Shown: positions 49,048 through 59,325 of the stretch, piece by piece | How the letters are laid out: each line of letters begins with the position of its first letter | Position numbering within the stretch: position 1 is the stretch's first letter | Source: an uncultured virus (IMG/VR IMGVR_UViG_3300032011_003340) | Taxonomy: Duplodnaviria; Heunggongvirae; Uroviricota; Caudoviricetes | Length of the DNA: 61,829 nucleotides | Virus record (IMG/VR): IMGVR_UViG_3300032011_003340 | Reading direction: 5' to 3' (one strand) | Position numbers and translations under genes: made by a program | Notes under the pieces: generated by a model | The model's database searches: none | What the model was told of the DNA's origin: nothing | The model's input: the letters and a program-made list of their open reading frames with translations, nothing else

Positions 49048-49911
49048 ATGCGTATTGAACAAATGCATTATAATTTTGAACTTGGCTTAGATCGGGTCGC
49101 ATCAAATGATCGACCTGATTTTATGCCGTGGGAAATAGATGAATATCTAAATAATGCAATCTTGTTATTTTTAAAAAAAAGATATAAACTTGATCAAGCT
49201 CGGAAGGCATTTGAGGTTGATCAATTTAGAATGTCTGAACTTGCAAACTTGCATATAAAATCTCCTGAATTACAACCAGCAATAACACCCACTGATTTGG
49301 GTAATGGTTTATACGAAGTAAGATTAAATGATTTAGGTAATAACATTAATAATCAATACTTTAGATATTTATTTTTAACAAAAGCAGAGATAACAATAGC
49401 GAAGGGAACTTGTACTAAAAAAATTAGAGTTAATTTACATCAAACTGATGACAACAAAACCTTTTTTAGTCAACCTAGTTTTGATTGGGGAGAAATACTT
49501 GCAATGTTTGGTAAATCAACTTATAATACTCCAGCAATCATACCTGCTCCTGCAATTAATGCAGATTCATATGATATGACTGCTAAGTTAATAGATGATC
49601 CTGGACTTACAACTGAGCGTTTTAATAATGATCAATTACAATCTTTATATCTTGATACAAACGGCTCTGATGGAACACAACAATTTACAGTAAGTAATGC
49701 ATGTATAAGTTATATTAAATATCCAAATAGAGTTTTTATAGGAGGATATGCACATATTGATAAACATTCAACAGCTACTACTGAACAAATTCAATGTGAT
49801 ATTGATGAAGGTTTTCATCAAGACATAGTTCAAATGGCAATACAACTTGCATTAAAAGATATAATTGGTGGAATAAATCAAGCTCCTCCGCCTCCAAAAA
49901 CACAAAAATAA
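49048..49911 (+). CDS. Putative head-tail connector or ring protein
   Basis: MH..F...LD......P.F...EID.YLN.A...YIKYP...FHQDIVQMA pattern. Confidence 0.6.
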   Translation: MRIEQMHYNFELGLDRVASNDRPDFMPWEIDEYLNNAILLFLKKRYKLDQARKAFEVDQFRMSELANLHIKSPELQPAITPTDLGNGLYEVRLNDLGNNINNQYFRYLFLTKAEITIAKGTCTKKIRVNLHQTDDNKTFFSQPSFDWGEILAMFGKSTYNTPAIIPAPAINADSYDMTAKLIDDPGLTTERFNNDQLQSLYLDTNGSDGTQQFTVSNACISYIKYPNRVFIGGYAHIDKHSTATTEQIQCDIDEGFHQDIVQMAIQLALKDIIGGINQAPPPPKTQK

Positions 49912-49951
49912 TACTAAACAATTTATAATTATTAATTAAAAATTACTTAAA

Positions 49952-51358
49952 ATGATTTCAAAACATAGTCAAACAAAATACTTTATACTTGATCCCGCTG
50001 TAGCGGCTCCAGGTGTAGGAAGTGATTTGTATACCGCAGGAGGTGTACTTAATTTAGCAGTAGGTAGCACAGGACTTTATGGTCCAGTACCAGGTAGTGG
50101 TAATCACGTTGAAGTTGGAGCTGGTGGTCCAGGATCTGCATTTCAAATAATCCAACGCAGAGATACATCTTTAGATAAATCTCCATTGTATAATCGTCCA
50201 TTTGAGCAATCTGATTGGATTAACGCTTTCTGTTCAGAAGGTATTATAATTGATCAGTCTAATGCCGCTCTAGGATCTAATGATTCTCATTTAATAGGAG
50301 ATGCAAGTGTTGCATCAAGTCAAATTGTACCTGCCGATTTAACTACTTATCAAATTCAAGTATCTGGTCATGGTGACCGTACTGATTGGTTTAATGGTGG
50401 ATATAACACTCCAACAATATTTGGATTTTATACAACTCCTGATTTTTCTCTTGGTACACTCACTGTTCCTCAACAAAGAGATACAATTGTTGCTGAATTA
50501 GCACTTGCTGTCAATGACAATAAATCTCAACAAATGGCATTTGCTGTTGCACTAGACTCATCAGGTGTAGGTGCAGGAACAGGAGCAGAATTAATATCTA
50601 ATTTAGGTAACAGTCTTGGTGCACCGGCACCTGTAGCTGCTGGTACTAATGTAGTCATTGGATATGACCGACAGGGAGGTGTTCAGTCATTTGTACTTAC
50701 AGCGGAAATGATAGTATCTTTTGCGGCATTAGAGGCTGATTTAGTAGCTAAAGGCTTTGGTGCCGATACTGTAAAGCTAATACCTTATGCTGTAGTAGGA
50801 TCTACTAATATTCCAGCAGGTGTAGTAATAGCAGGTGCTGGTACTTGTGACATGATTTATGTCATGGCATTAGATGAAGGTCAAGCATATTATGATTTTA
50901 GAATGCAAACTAAACGTAGAGTTGAAGTAGGTCTAGTTAGTGGATTAGACAATGTACCTCAATCAAGAATTAGTGTTGGTTCTGAAGGTCAAGGTTATGG
51001 TCATCAATTGAATATTCAATATCAAATGAATAATCGCTATGAAGAAACTAATCGTTCAAGAATGCCTTGGGAAAGTTATAATGTTGAATTTCCAAATGCA
51101 TTTAAAGCTAATGCTTTCTATGATTATTTTGTAATAGAACATTGTGATGGTAGAACAGCGTCTAGTGGAATGCCTTCTGTAAATAGAAATACAACTATTA
51201 TAGCAGTCGTTAATACGACTATTGGTGATGCTACAACTAATCCATTTTTTGGAAGTGCTACCGCCCTTGCTCAACGTACTTATTTATTTACCATGTTAAA
51301 TTTATTTAATACTAATAATAACTTAAACGCAACAGCATCAGGTGCACCATTAGCTTAA
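49952..51358 (+). CDS. Virion structural protein (auxiliary capsid-like)
   Basis: Gly/Ala/Thr-rich; EGQGYG and YDYFVIEH motifs; synteny. Confidence 0.55.
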   Translation: MISKHSQTKYFILDPAVAAPGVGSDLYTAGGVLNLAVGSTGLYGPVPGSGNHVEVGAGGPGSAFQIIQRRDTSLDKSPLYNRPFEQSDWINAFCSEGIIIDQSNAALGSNDSHLIGDASVASSQIVPADLTTYQIQVSGHGDRTDWFNGGYNTPTIFGFYTTPDFSLGTLTVPQQRDTIVAELALAVNDNKSQQMAFAVALDSSGVGAGTGAELISNLGNSLGAPAPVAAGTNVVIGYDRQGGVQSFVLTAEMIVSFAALEADLVAKGFGADTVKLIPYAVVGSTNIPAGVVIAGAGTCDMIYVMALDEGQAYYDFRMQTKRRVEVGLVSGLDNVPQSRISVGSEGQGYGHQLNIQYQMNNRYEETNRSRMPWESYNVEFPNAFKANAFYDYFVIEHCDGRTASSGMPSVNRNTTIIAVVNTTIGDATTNPFFGSATALAQRTYLFTMLNLFNTNNNLNATASGAPLA

Positions 51359-51370
51359 TAAAACATTAAA

Positions 51371-52615
51371 ATGGCAGATCTCAATTTTTTAAATACAACA
51401 AATTGTGATGCTATAACATTTAATACTCCTACAACAGGGCTTCAGTATGTTGATTACATACTGGGCTCTGCTGTTAAGGATTTTACAAATGTTGATAAGT
51501 ATACAATAACACATTCTACCAATTGTTGTACACCTGGTATTATAACCAATATTGCACCTCGATATCAATTTGTATTGAGTGAATCATGTGTTCTTGCAGG
51601 TCCAAATGATGTATATAGCGTTCAATTTGCTGGATTTAACGGAGATTTAATATCTGGAAATTTATCTTTAGTAATTGATGGTGGATTACCTATTAGTCCT
51701 GTATCTACTGTTGTTGGTGGGGTATTAAGTATAGATCTTACTTTATCAAGTGGATATGGACTTGCTACAACCTATGAACTTACAATAACAACTCAATCTG
51801 GATTTGTTTATGTTATAGACTTTATTATAACAAAATCAGGTGGTACTTGTGATGGAGTTCTTTCAGGAACTGTAATTACATACCCTGCTTTACCAAGTAA
51901 TATTGTGCAAATAGCCTCTCCTGGAATTGCAGCAACTACAGGAAATGTTACTACTTTATCGGGTTCTTTTGCTGCCACAACAGGCGGTACACCAGAAGCA
52001 ATAAACTTAACTGCTGATAATACGGGAATAATTGGTAATGGTATTGTTATTACGGGTGATGGTATTGATTTATTAAGCGCACTTGTTTCAAATTGGAATG
52101 CTGCTAATCCTACTAATACTATAACATTAACTGAAATTGAAGGTAGTGATTATACTCCTTCAAATGGAGAAACGTTTACATTATCAGGTGGAGTTGATGA
52201 AGTTATACAATTAAGTGTTAATTCTTTATATGATTCAACAACTATGTTACCTGGTACTTATGAAATTATATTTTGTGAGGTAAACCAAGATACAACATCA
52301 ACATGTATACAAAATCATATATTTATTGATTGTGGAACACTTAAATGCCAAGTTGTTAATAAATGGGTTTTATGTGTTGATTCTAATATAATGGATTTTT
52401 ATAATGCATTATTATATTCTAATGATTGTACATCAAGTGTTTCATATTCTGAAATATGTGCATTATATGAAATATTAATTGTTTTATTGCAAACAGATGG
52501 ATGTTTTGGTAGAATTGATGATTGTAATTGTTCTGATGCTTCTACTGTAGCTAATAAATTAAGCCCTATAGCATATCCAACTAATTCTAATAATAACCCT
52601 TGTAGCAGCTGTTAA
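51371..52615 (+). CDS. Structural or tail protein with Cys-rich C-terminus
   Basis: Thr/Gly-rich; ends CSSC. Confidence 0.55.
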   Translation: MADLNFLNTTNCDAITFNTPTTGLQYVDYILGSAVKDFTNVDKYTITHSTNCCTPGIITNIAPRYQFVLSESCVLAGPNDVYSVQFAGFNGDLISGNLSLVIDGGLPISPVSTVVGGVLSIDLTLSSGYGLATTYELTITTQSGFVYVIDFIITKSGGTCDGVLSGTVITYPALPSNIVQIASPGIAATTGNVTTLSGSFAATTGGTPEAINLTADNTGIIGNGIVITGDGIDLLSALVSNWNAANPTNTITLTEIEGSDYTPSNGETFTLSGGVDEVIQLSVNSLYDSTTMLPGTYEIIFCEVNQDTTSTCIQNHIFIDCGTLKCQVVNKWVLCVDSNIMDFYNALLYSNDCTSSVSYSEICALYEILIVLLQTDGCFGRIDDCNCSDASTVANKLSPIAYPTNSNNNPCSSC

Positions 52616-52616
52616 T

Positions 52617-52856
52617 ATGGATCCAGATTTAAAATGTCATTTTGTTAAACAATTATCCCAATATGCATCAAGGATATTATATGGATATAATTGTAATATG
52701 GAAGTATTACTAAGTGATATTAATACAGTTAAACGATTTATTACAATTGAAGACAATATCGTTAACTGTTCTTTAAATGGTGCTGTTATTAACGATCTTA
52801 ATAAATATAGACAATTACTATTAACTAACTATTCTAGTGCCTGTAGAGGGTGTTAA
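52617..52856 (+). CDS. Small Cys-containing structural protein
   Basis: Ends CRGC; packed between tail genes. Confidence 0.5.
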   Translation: MDPDLKCHFVKQLSQYASRILYGYNCNMEVLLSDINTVKRFITIEDNIVNCSLNGAVINDLNKYRQLLLTNYSSACRGC

Positions 52857-52863
52857 ATTAACT

Positions 52864-54720
52864 ATGGAGTATTTTATAGATAAACGTGTATTTGTAACAG
52901 GAAGAAAATCTGTTCTTTCTTTAGATAACCCGTTTAATCTAACTGCTTTTGTGAATAGTCAAATTTCATTAATGGGTGTTTCTTGTGCTCAAAATGGATT
53001 AAATATTCAAACAGCATTAGATCCTATAACTGGAACACAAACTAATTGTACAGAATTAGGTGGTACATTATTACATGGTACTACAGTTACAGGGGGAGGG
53101 CATCAATTTGCATTTGATACTGTAGATTTAGACTTTACAGGAGATTTTTGGTTTACTCAATATGCAGAGACTATAGCCATAAGATCTGCACAAACTTTAT
53201 TACTACGAGGAGACTCAACAGTAAAATTAATTACTCCTAGTATTGTAGCTTCTACTGGTACAGCTGGACAAATATTAACTTTACAATCATCTGCAGGGCC
53301 TGTTACAGGTGGAACATGTGAATGGGCTGATCCAAGTGCAGCAATGCTTAATAATATATATACAGCAGATGGCACCGTAGCTACTAATAGATCAATAGGG
53401 GGAGATGGAGAATTATATAGTATTACTTTTGAAGAGTTTTCTACTTTTCAAGTTAGTGATACAAATGATATAACATTATCATCATTAAATAATTTAACAT
53501 TATCAGCGGATAATGCTATACTTATTAAAACTCCGGGTGTAGCAGGTAGTCAGGTTGGTGATATATTAACTGCTGTAGTAGCAGGTACTGGGGAATGTGA
53601 ATGGCAAACTCCAAGTGGTTTATTAAATGTAGGTTTAGGACTTACAGAATCACCTGCAGGAACAGTTAAACTTGGAGGTGCAGGAATAGGGTCAAGTGAA
53701 AATTTAGAAGTAGCAAATGCAGGTTTATGGGAAGTAAAAGAAAGTGGAACAGTTGCAGATACTAATTTAAGTTTAGGAATAGGAACAAATCCTTCATATG
53801 GACCAGGAATTATTTCTAATATCTCTACAACAGGAACACAGGCTACTACAGGAATAGTTAATCCTGCAGTTGGATTTTCATTTGAAATAATTGCAGATAA
53901 TTATGGTACAATAGGAAATTCAATAGTAATAACTACTGATGGAGTAAACACAATAGAACAACTAGTAATAAATTGGAATTTAGCAAATCCTTCAAACACA
54001 GCTACAGTAACATATTATTTAGGATCAGGATGGGGTCCACTTTCTACAGGTGTATCTCATACTTTAAGTGGGGGCAGTGGACTTATTCCTTCAACAGCAT
54101 TGAATGCTGTACTTGCATCATATCCTCCTCAACCTATAATGTATCAGACTATTCCTAGTCAAGATCTTGAAAGATTTGTTCTTTTTGATACTAGTATACT
54201 CATATCAAATGAAGTAGGTACACAAAGAGGTTCTGTTACAGTAAGTGATTCACAAGTATATTTAGAGTCTAGTGATGCTGTCGGAAATGCAATGTACATA
54301 CAGTTACAAGAGACTAATGGAGTTAAATTTGGAAATTCTAAGGTTCCTGTTTATTCTTATAATTTCCCAACAGCAGATGGTCTTGCAGGTCAGGGCCTTG
54401 TTAATGATGGAGGAAATAATATTAATTGGGAAGATTCTATAAATGTTGTTAGTACTGCAATAAATTATACAGCAAATCATAAAGAAGTTGTTTTAGTAAC
54501 TACTGGTGCAACAGATAAAGATATAACATTACCATTAGCAGCAAGACCAAATCAACAAATAACTATTAAAAAAATTGATCCTGGTGCAGGAGTTGTTCAT
54601 GTATTAGGTAATGGAGTTGAGACAATAGACGGTGTAAATGATCAACCATTGAATTCACAATATAATGCAATCACAGTTATAAGTAATGGAACTGAATGGT
54701 TTATTATATCAAATTTTTAA
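52864..54720 (+). CDS. Tail fiber-like protein
   Basis: ATG at 52864 (MEYFIDK); GTAGQILT repeats, FPTADGLAGQ, C-terminal ITLP...ITIKKID...ETIDG...SNGTEWFI. Confidence 0.7.
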   Translation: MEYFIDKRVFVTGRKSVLSLDNPFNLTAFVNSQISLMGVSCAQNGLNIQTALDPITGTQTNCTELGGTLLHGTTVTGGGHQFAFDTVDLDFTGDFWFTQYAETIAIRSAQTLLLRGDSTVKLITPSIVASTGTAGQILTLQSSAGPVTGGTCEWADPSAAMLNNIYTADGTVATNRSIGGDGELYSITFEEFSTFQVSDTNDITLSSLNNLTLSADNAILIKTPGVAGSQVGDILTAVVAGTGECEWQTPSGLLNVGLGLTESPAGTVKLGGAGIGSSENLEVANAGLWEVKESGTVADTNLSLGIGTNPSYGPGIISNISTTGTQATTGIVNPAVGFSFEIIADNYGTIGNSIVITTDGVNTIEQLVINWNLANPSNTATVTYYLGSGWGPLSTGVSHTLSGGSGLIPSTALNAVLASYPPQPIMYQTIPSQDLERFVLFDTSILISNEVGTQRGSVTVSDSQVYLESSDAVGNAMYIQLQETNGVKFGNSKVPVYSYNFPTADGLAGQGLVNDGGNNINWEDSINVVSTAINYTANHKEVVLVTTGATDKDITLPLAARPNQQITIKKIDPGAGVVHVLGNGVETIDGVNDQPLNSQYNAITVISNGTEWFIISNF

Positions 54721-54767
54721 AATAATAAAATAATAATAAAATATTAATAATATTAAAATTCAAAATT

Positions 54768-54986
54768 ATGTCAAGTAACAAATTATTTATCGACAGAAGA
54801 ACAGCAGTAACAGGAGCAAAGTCCAAAATACTTATGGATAATCCAGTTGCAGTGCATACTTTTGTACTTCAATTATTACAAGCTTTACCTGAATATGTAG
54901 ACGACGCAGCTGCAGGCACTGCAGGAATAACTACCGGTCAATTATATAAAAACTCAACTGATAATACAATATCATACAAAATATAA
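54768..54986 (+). CDS. Small tail-associated protein
   Basis: LPEYVDDAAAGTAG..G.LYK motif; N-terminus resembles 52864. Confidence 0.6.
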   Translation: MSSNKLFIDRRTAVTGAKSKILMDNPVAVHTFVLQLLQALPEYVDDAAAGTAGITTGQLYKNSTDNTISYKI

Positions 54987-54992
54987 TAAATC

Positions 54993-55319
54993 ATGGCAGG
55001 ACCTAGACTTGGACTTCCTGGTAGAACGGGTTCGTCTAATAAAAACACGGAATTAGGAGCTTTAAACGCAATAGTTAAGAAATTAATAGAATTAAAAAAT
55101 ATTAATTTAAACACTAATTCTAAAAGCAACTTAGAAAAACTTGAAACTCAAGCTAATGATTTAGTTACTACTTATGTATGGCTTGATGGTGGAGCATCAG
55201 ATCAAAGACCTGATACTATAACATACAGTTCTTCGCAATTAGGACTTACTGTTATTAAAACTTTTACTTATAATGGTGGCGCAGGTACTTATCATGTAGC
55301 TACAATAACTTTATCATAA
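54993..55319 (+). CDS. Hypothetical structural protein
   Basis: Packed tail-region ORF. Confidence 0.55.
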   Translation: MAGPRLGLPGRTGSSNKNTELGALNAIVKKLIELKNINLNTNSKSNLEKLETQANDLVTTYVWLDGGASDQRPDTITYSSSQLGLTVIKTFTYNGGAGTYHVATITLS

Positions 55320-55320
55320 T

Positions 55321-56418
55321 ATGGCTTTAAAATATAATCCTTTATTAGAAGATAATTTCCAAGAGCTTAATCCTGCGGGCCCAGGTGGTGGTGAAGATTT
55401 AGCTGCTACTCTTGTATTAGGTAATACCACAGGAGGAAGAGATATTATATTGTCAGGAAGTGGTCTAACTGCTGATACAATTATAGCTGCAGGAACTACC
55501 CATTCTATAAATTTAAATGGACCTTTTGGAGGATGGTCAATTTCTTCAGATAATACAGCTTATGGAGAATCTTGGATATATGGTGATGCAACAACAGCAC
55601 AAATTGGTTGGGGTGCAGCTGGTATATTAAGTGCATACTCCACAGGAATAGATATACAAAGTAATCAAAGTGGTGATAAATCAGGGGTTGTTATTAATGG
55701 TGATAGAGTTGCAGCGATAGCAGATGCAAATCTTTTAGTTCTTAGTACATTTAAAATACAAGATAATAGTGTTACTGATGCTGGATTTGTTTCAGAAACT
55801 GATAAAGCTATTGGTATAGGAACGGGTGCAGCAGGAGTAGGTCTTAATTCTTTCATTGGCGCAGGATTGGACAATGTTGTTATTGTTTCTGGAGTAGGTA
55901 TAACTGCTAAGACAGCAGGTACTCTTTATACTAATCAAATAAGTTTACAGCCAAGTGGCAATACATTTGATGGGTTATTAGTACCACCTGCTTTAAGTGG
56001 AGATCAAACTTATACATTTCAAGATGCAAGTGGAACAGTTGCTTTTCTTTCTGATATTGCAGGAGGTTCATATGTACAAACGGCAACTTTAACAACTGCA
56101 GCGCAAACAACATTAACATCTTCTAAAGCTATAACAAACAATTCAGTTCAGTCTTTTGTTACAAGGATTACTGCTATTAAAACATCAACGGGCGATGTTT
56201 GGTGTCATGAGTTTAGGGGTGCTATAAAGCAATTTTCTGCTGTTACTTCTATTGTTGACACTGTTACGGATGAGTTAATAGCCGAGGATGCAGCCACTTC
56301 AGGTTGGTCAGCAGTTTTAGAGGCAGGTACTGGAGTGCTTGACGTAAAGGTAACATCAGGAGATGCATTAGAGATAAAATGGAAATCTGAAACTGTGTTT
56401 AGCGAAGTATTGATATGA
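55321..56418 (+). CDS. Tail fiber-like protein
   Basis: LAATLVLGNTT, TYTFQDASGTVAFLSDI fiber motifs. Confidence 0.65.
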   Translation: MALKYNPLLEDNFQELNPAGPGGGEDLAATLVLGNTTGGRDIILSGSGLTADTIIAAGTTHSINLNGPFGGWSISSDNTAYGESWIYGDATTAQIGWGAAGILSAYSTGIDIQSNQSGDKSGVVINGDRVAAIADANLLVLSTFKIQDNSVTDAGFVSETDKAIGIGTGAAGVGLNSFIGAGLDNVVIVSGVGITAKTAGTLYTNQISLQPSGNTFDGLLVPPALSGDQTYTFQDASGTVAFLSDIAGGSYVQTATLTTAAQTTLTSSKAITNNSVQSFVTRITAIKTSTGDVWCHEFRGAIKQFSAVTSIVDTVTDELIAEDAATSGWSAVLEAGTGVLDVKVTSGDALEIKWKSETVFSEVLI

Positions 56419-57254
56419 TAATTAAGAATATAAATGTAAAAAATTTAAAGTATCTAAAAGGACAAAAATTACCCTTTGGATTAGTCACAAGTGGACTTGT
56501 TTTAAATTTAGATGGTTTTTATAGTTCATCGTTAGCAGGAGGTAATAACACATGGAGTGACCTTACAGGTAACAACTATGATGGCACTATGCTTAATGGT
56601 ACTTCTTATACTACAGATAAAGGTGGGGGAGTAGCTTTTGATGGTTTAGATGATACTATTGACTTAGGGAACATACTTAATGGAGTAATAGGAGGGACAA
56701 GTCCTACTTATACAATTCAAACTTGGATAAAGTTTGATACATTAGCAGACGATGTTCCATATACTTTCTTTTCAAAATTTGGTTCCGGAAACAACAGGCA
56801 GCTCCTTATGTTAGTAAGAAACATTACAGCAGAAAGCTATGGAGGAATAAGAATAGAACATATTCCTTACACATCCCCAGGTCTTATTGGTGGATTCCCA
56901 CAAACAAGACTTGTAAGAAGTGATGGAGATATTATAGAGGCAAATAAAATACATAATTTAACTATTTGTTTTGATGGCTCTATAAATACAAACGATGGGC
57001 TAGATAGACCAACATTTTACATTGATGGCAAACTGCAAAGTAATGTAATAGTTATAAGTTATGGAGCTTTAACAAATACATTTCAAACTACATCTATGAA
57101 AGTTGCACTTAATGGGTGGATAGGAACAGGAACAGTACCGTTATTTCAATTTCCTGGAACAACTTATCAAACATTAGTATATGATAGAGTGTTAACACAA
57201 GAAGAAGTAACACAGAATATTAACACATTAAATGGTAGATACGATGTCACATAG
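56415..57254 (+). CDS. LamG/concanavalin A-like domain tail protein
   Basis: LVTSGLVLNLD...WSDLTGNN..GT..NG...FDG.DD...YDRVLTQEEVTQN. Confidence 0.8.
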   Translation: MIIKNINVKNLKYLKGQKLPFGLVTSGLVLNLDGFYSSSLAGGNNTWSDLTGNNYDGTMLNGTSYTTDKGGGVAFDGLDDTIDLGNILNGVIGGTSPTYTIQTWIKFDTLADDVPYTFFSKFGSGNNRQLLMLVRNITAESYGGIRIEHIPYTSPGLIGGFPQTRLVRSDGDIIEANKIHNLTICFDGSINTNDGLDRPTFYIDGKLQSNVIVISYGALTNTFQTTSMKVALNGWIGTGTVPLFQFPGTTYQTLVYDRVLTQEEVTQNINTLNGRYDVT

Positions 57255-57498
57255 TTATGAAAATAGAGATTCTATCATATTCAATATTAGTGAATTATCA
57301 AAAATAGATTTTTCTCAGGTTTATGAAACAGAAGATGTTAGAAGGTCGGTAGATCAAACTAAAGCATTTGTAAAGTGGAAGCACGGTAATCCTCCAGACT
57401 TTCTTGATGATTTAATAACAAAAGAAGGTCCATATACATATGAAGAAATGATGGCAATAATGTTAACAGAAGAATGGAACGATCCATTTATAGTATAA
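57232..57498 (+). CDS. Small conserved phage protein accompanying LamG genes
   Basis: IDFSQVYET..VRRSVDQTKAFVKW...YTYEEM..IM.TEEW. Confidence 0.65.
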   Translation: MVDTMSHSYENRDSIIFNISELSKIDFSQVYETEDVRRSVDQTKAFVKWKHGNPPDFLDDLITKEGPYTYEEMMAIMLTEEWNDPFIV

Positions 57499-57509
57499 AA
57501 TAAAAAACA

Positions 57510-59069
57510 ATGGGATTAAGAACGATATTAAAAACAGCAGGACACTGGTTAAAAGGTTCTATATTAAAAGTTGATTCTGAAATACAATTTGATGCAACTT
57601 CCAACCCTGAGATAGATTCTACGGGTGGCAACTTTGTATGGAATACACAAACTTCAAACGCTAATTCTTGGAAATTACGTGATCCTGGAACTACAGAAGA
57701 AATATTAATAACTGATACATTAGCAAAGACATTTACACTTCATCCTAATTATACTGCCAGTGGGTTTGGAGGAGTATTTACTCCTACAATTAATGGTGTA
57801 AATGTAGTAGAGATTGCTCAAGAATCAGATTTTGGAACTGCCGTAGGGAGTGTTATTACATTAGCAGCTAACACAACTTATTTTATTAGGGGTAATGTTA
57901 ATTGTTCTAATAGACTGTTAATAAATGGGGATAACATAGCCATTCTTGGTTGGGATAGAGACAAAGATGGTTTAACATACACAAGTAGTGGAGGTGATTT
58001 CATAACAGTTGATAATGTCAACTGTGAGTTTTCAAATTTAAAGTTTTCTTCTACAAATGTCACAGGAGGAGAGGTTGTATTAAGAGCAGACAACCATAAT
58101 TACGGTGTAGGGTTTAATGATGGCAGAGATAAGGTACTTACTATTGTCAACTGCCAATTTAGGAATTGCTATGATGTTTGGCATATTGAAGGGTTTGATT
58201 TGGTAGATATTCAAAACACTTTAGTTTGGTATGTTCAAGCTACTGTAATGGGGTGTCATTTCCAAAATAATTCTAAACTTCAGTTATCAAGTTGCGAGTT
58301 TGTAAGGTGGTTTGATGAAACAAGTATTCCTACGCCAAGTGGGTGGGCATTAACTCCTCTTATAGAATTACGCCCTAATGGTGCAGGTAATGGTTTTGGA
58401 GCAGTTAATATTTCAGGTTGTTTATTTCATCCTCAACAAACACAAGACGGAATAAAAATAGATAATACTACAACAATAGGTTTTGGAACTATATCTGCAA
58501 ATACAGGTATAGATGTAGGGTTGACAACCGGTGCTGTTACAAGTATTGATTATGACATTCAGAACACTACAATTATTCAAGCCAATCAAGGTATTGGTAA
58601 TGGAAATGCTAAGGCAACTCTGTCTATTGTAGGAAACTTAAATGATTTAGACACAGGAACTACAAACCCTCAAGTTTTAGCGGCAGCTAATGTAACAACA
58701 GGTGCTTTTACAAATACACCAACATTTCCTCTTGTTACGAGGGTGATAACAAGTGCTGCAAATTGCTCACTTACTTATGACTCAAAGGTAGATGCAAATT
58801 TCATGGTAGTTGTTACAGCGACAGTTGAAATGTCGGGTGATGGATTTATAGCTTGTAGGTTGCGTTCTAATGGAACAGCTATTCCTTATGCAATAGGTTA
58901 TCCCGAAATAAGACAAGGTAGGGCACAATCTTTTACATTCAGTGTTATAGGTCAAGCTACCTTTGGAGATGTATTTGATGTAGAATTTGAATCCTTTAAT
59001 ACGGGAGGAACTTCTACCCCTAAGGATATTTTAGTAAGAGAATTTGTATTAAATGGATATCAATTTTAA
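57510..59069 (+). CDS. Tail spike-like protein with putative beta-helix
   Basis: VITLAANTTYFI; repeated NCQF/SCEF/GCLF beta-helix-like turns. Confidence 0.6.
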   Translation: MGLRTILKTAGHWLKGSILKVDSEIQFDATSNPEIDSTGGNFVWNTQTSNANSWKLRDPGTTEEILITDTLAKTFTLHPNYTASGFGGVFTPTINGVNVVEIAQESDFGTAVGSVITLAANTTYFIRGNVNCSNRLLINGDNIAILGWDRDKDGLTYTSSGGDFITVDNVNCEFSNLKFSSTNVTGGEVVLRADNHNYGVGFNDGRDKVLTIVNCQFRNCYDVWHIEGFDLVDIQNTLVWYVQATVMGCHFQNNSKLQLSSCEFVRWFDETSIPTPSGWALTPLIELRPNGAGNGFGAVNISGCLFHPQQTQDGIKIDNTTTIGFGTISANTGIDVGLTTGAVTSIDYDIQNTTIIQANQGIGNGNAKATLSIVGNLNDLDTGTTNPQVLAAANVTTGAFTNTPTFPLVTRVITSAANCSLTYDSKVDANFMVVVTATVEMSGDGFIACRLRSNGTAIPYAIGYPEIRQGRAQSFTFSVIGQATFGDVFDVEFESFNTGGTSTPKDILVREFVLNGYQF

Positions 59070-59172
59070 CAACCCTTATTAATAACAAATTTAGATTTTT
59101 AGACTAATGAATTTAAAAATTAAATAAATTTACTCTTGATAAAAAGATTAAAAAAATCGAAAAAAATATAAT

Positions 59173-59325
59173 ATGTTTAATTTAGATATTGCAGATTTTT
59201 TAGCTACAGGAGGATTATTATTTACAGGGACAGATATTACTGCAATAGATTCTATTATAAAAATAATTAGTAATTTTGGAGTTGTTGCAGCGCTAACTTT
59301 GTTTTACAAAAGATATTTTAAATGA
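59173..59325 (+). CDS. 50-aa membrane peptide
   Basis: Hand translation MFNLDIADFLATGGLLFTGTDITAIDSIIKIISNFGVVAALTLFYKRYFK*; ATGA overlap with next gene. Confidence 0.5.
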   Translation: MFNLDIADFLATGGLLFTGTDITAIDSIIKIISNFGVVAALTLFYKRYFK

